The notes beneath the pieces were generated by a model, which worked only from the letters and a program-made list of their open reading frames with translations, did not search any database and was not told the DNA's origin. The translations under genes were made by a program, and so were the position numbers. A stretch of 64,000 nt of DNA from Oculina patagonica (Eukaryota): positions 6,262,001 to 6,326,000 of the forward strand of contig NC_135766.1 of the NCBI RefSeq assembly GCF_052425735.1, written 5' to 3'. How positions within the stretch are numbered: position 1 is the stretch's first letter; the number at the start of each line of letters is the position of its first letter. Of this stretch, positions 63,209 to 64,000 are shown piece by piece.

Positions 63209-64000
63209 GTGGGTATTTAATAGTACTCATGTTTTGGTCACAAGCTTTAGCGATCACTACACGTGGTAACCTTTAAATAAATAAATAACACTAGTGAATA
63301 ATATAAAAACCGCCATTGTCCAGTTGCAAGGAAATTATATAAATTTTATTTATTTATTGCAATTCTTGGTAATAAAAATGTTGCAGTTAGGAGCCCAAAA
63401 GAGTGACCACTTGTAATTAGCATTCTCAAGTGGTCATCATCCAATCAGAAGCTTAAACAGCTTCCAGTTTTTACTTCTTTTTGGATGAAATCTGCTGGAA
63501 AAACGTAATAAATTAACAGTGGTCACAGTTTTGGGCTCCTTGCCGTTAAAGAAAAAACAAAACAAAACAAAAATACAGAGAAAAATGTGCAGGCAAAAAA
63601 TGCTATGTGACTTATAATGATAGTGATAAAAATGATTAATAGGAGCAACAAAGAACTCAGGGCCACTATGGCTCATCTCATTTACATGTGTCAGAACGCT
63701 TTGTAGAATGAGCATAACACAAGAGTTGCTATTCTTATTAATGACATGCAAATAAGTGGCCCTGTATTCTTTAATTTAGCAGGTGAACTGTCTTTCTTGA
63801 CAAAGGCCTTGAATAAATGATACCCAAAGCTAAACCCCTGGGGGAAAATTGTTACATGAAATCTCCCCCATTTGTTCATTGCCTGTTCATCTCACATCTA
63901 AAGACATTTCAATGTTTTAAACGTCTATGCCAAGGTCCTTCTTTGTTTTAACCCAACATAAACATCCTGAATCCCAGGTGATTGAATTCTGGATCAACAA

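Overview
This is AT-rich, intron-containing animal genomic DNA, most likely a cnidarian such as a stony coral (inferred from gene architecture and repeat types, not proven). Host genes: the last two coding exons and 3' UTR of a 14-3-3 gene (884-4133, +); a disrupted START-domain gene (5.65-6.44 kb, -); an intronless TIR-like gene (15642-16949, -); a 21-exon cytosolic carboxypeptidase CCP2/3-like gene (37686-55814, +); LKAAEAR1 (57614-62677, -); and exon 1 of DCAF13 (62939-63208, +), head-to-head with LKAAEAR1. The main feature is a four-layer transposon nest at 21.4-36.7 kb: a CR1-like LINE split by an L2-like LINE, split by a ~12.4 kb Helentron (Helitron2), split by two MITEs with 5-bp TSDs. 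Removing the two MITEs and reverting one TAA restores a single ~2,490-aa ORF. Its order is: hydrophobic leader, virus-like 2A/StopGo motif (DVEMNPGP), herpesvirus-tegument-type (C76-like) cysteine protease, 23-aa STPR-like repeats, Cys-rich domain, two C2H2 fingers, HUH Rep, PIF1 helicase, APE endonuclease. Many non-autonomous TIR elements with readable TSDs, long palindromes and one assembly gap (20985-21113) are also present. Coordinates were counted by hand and may be off by a few bases.
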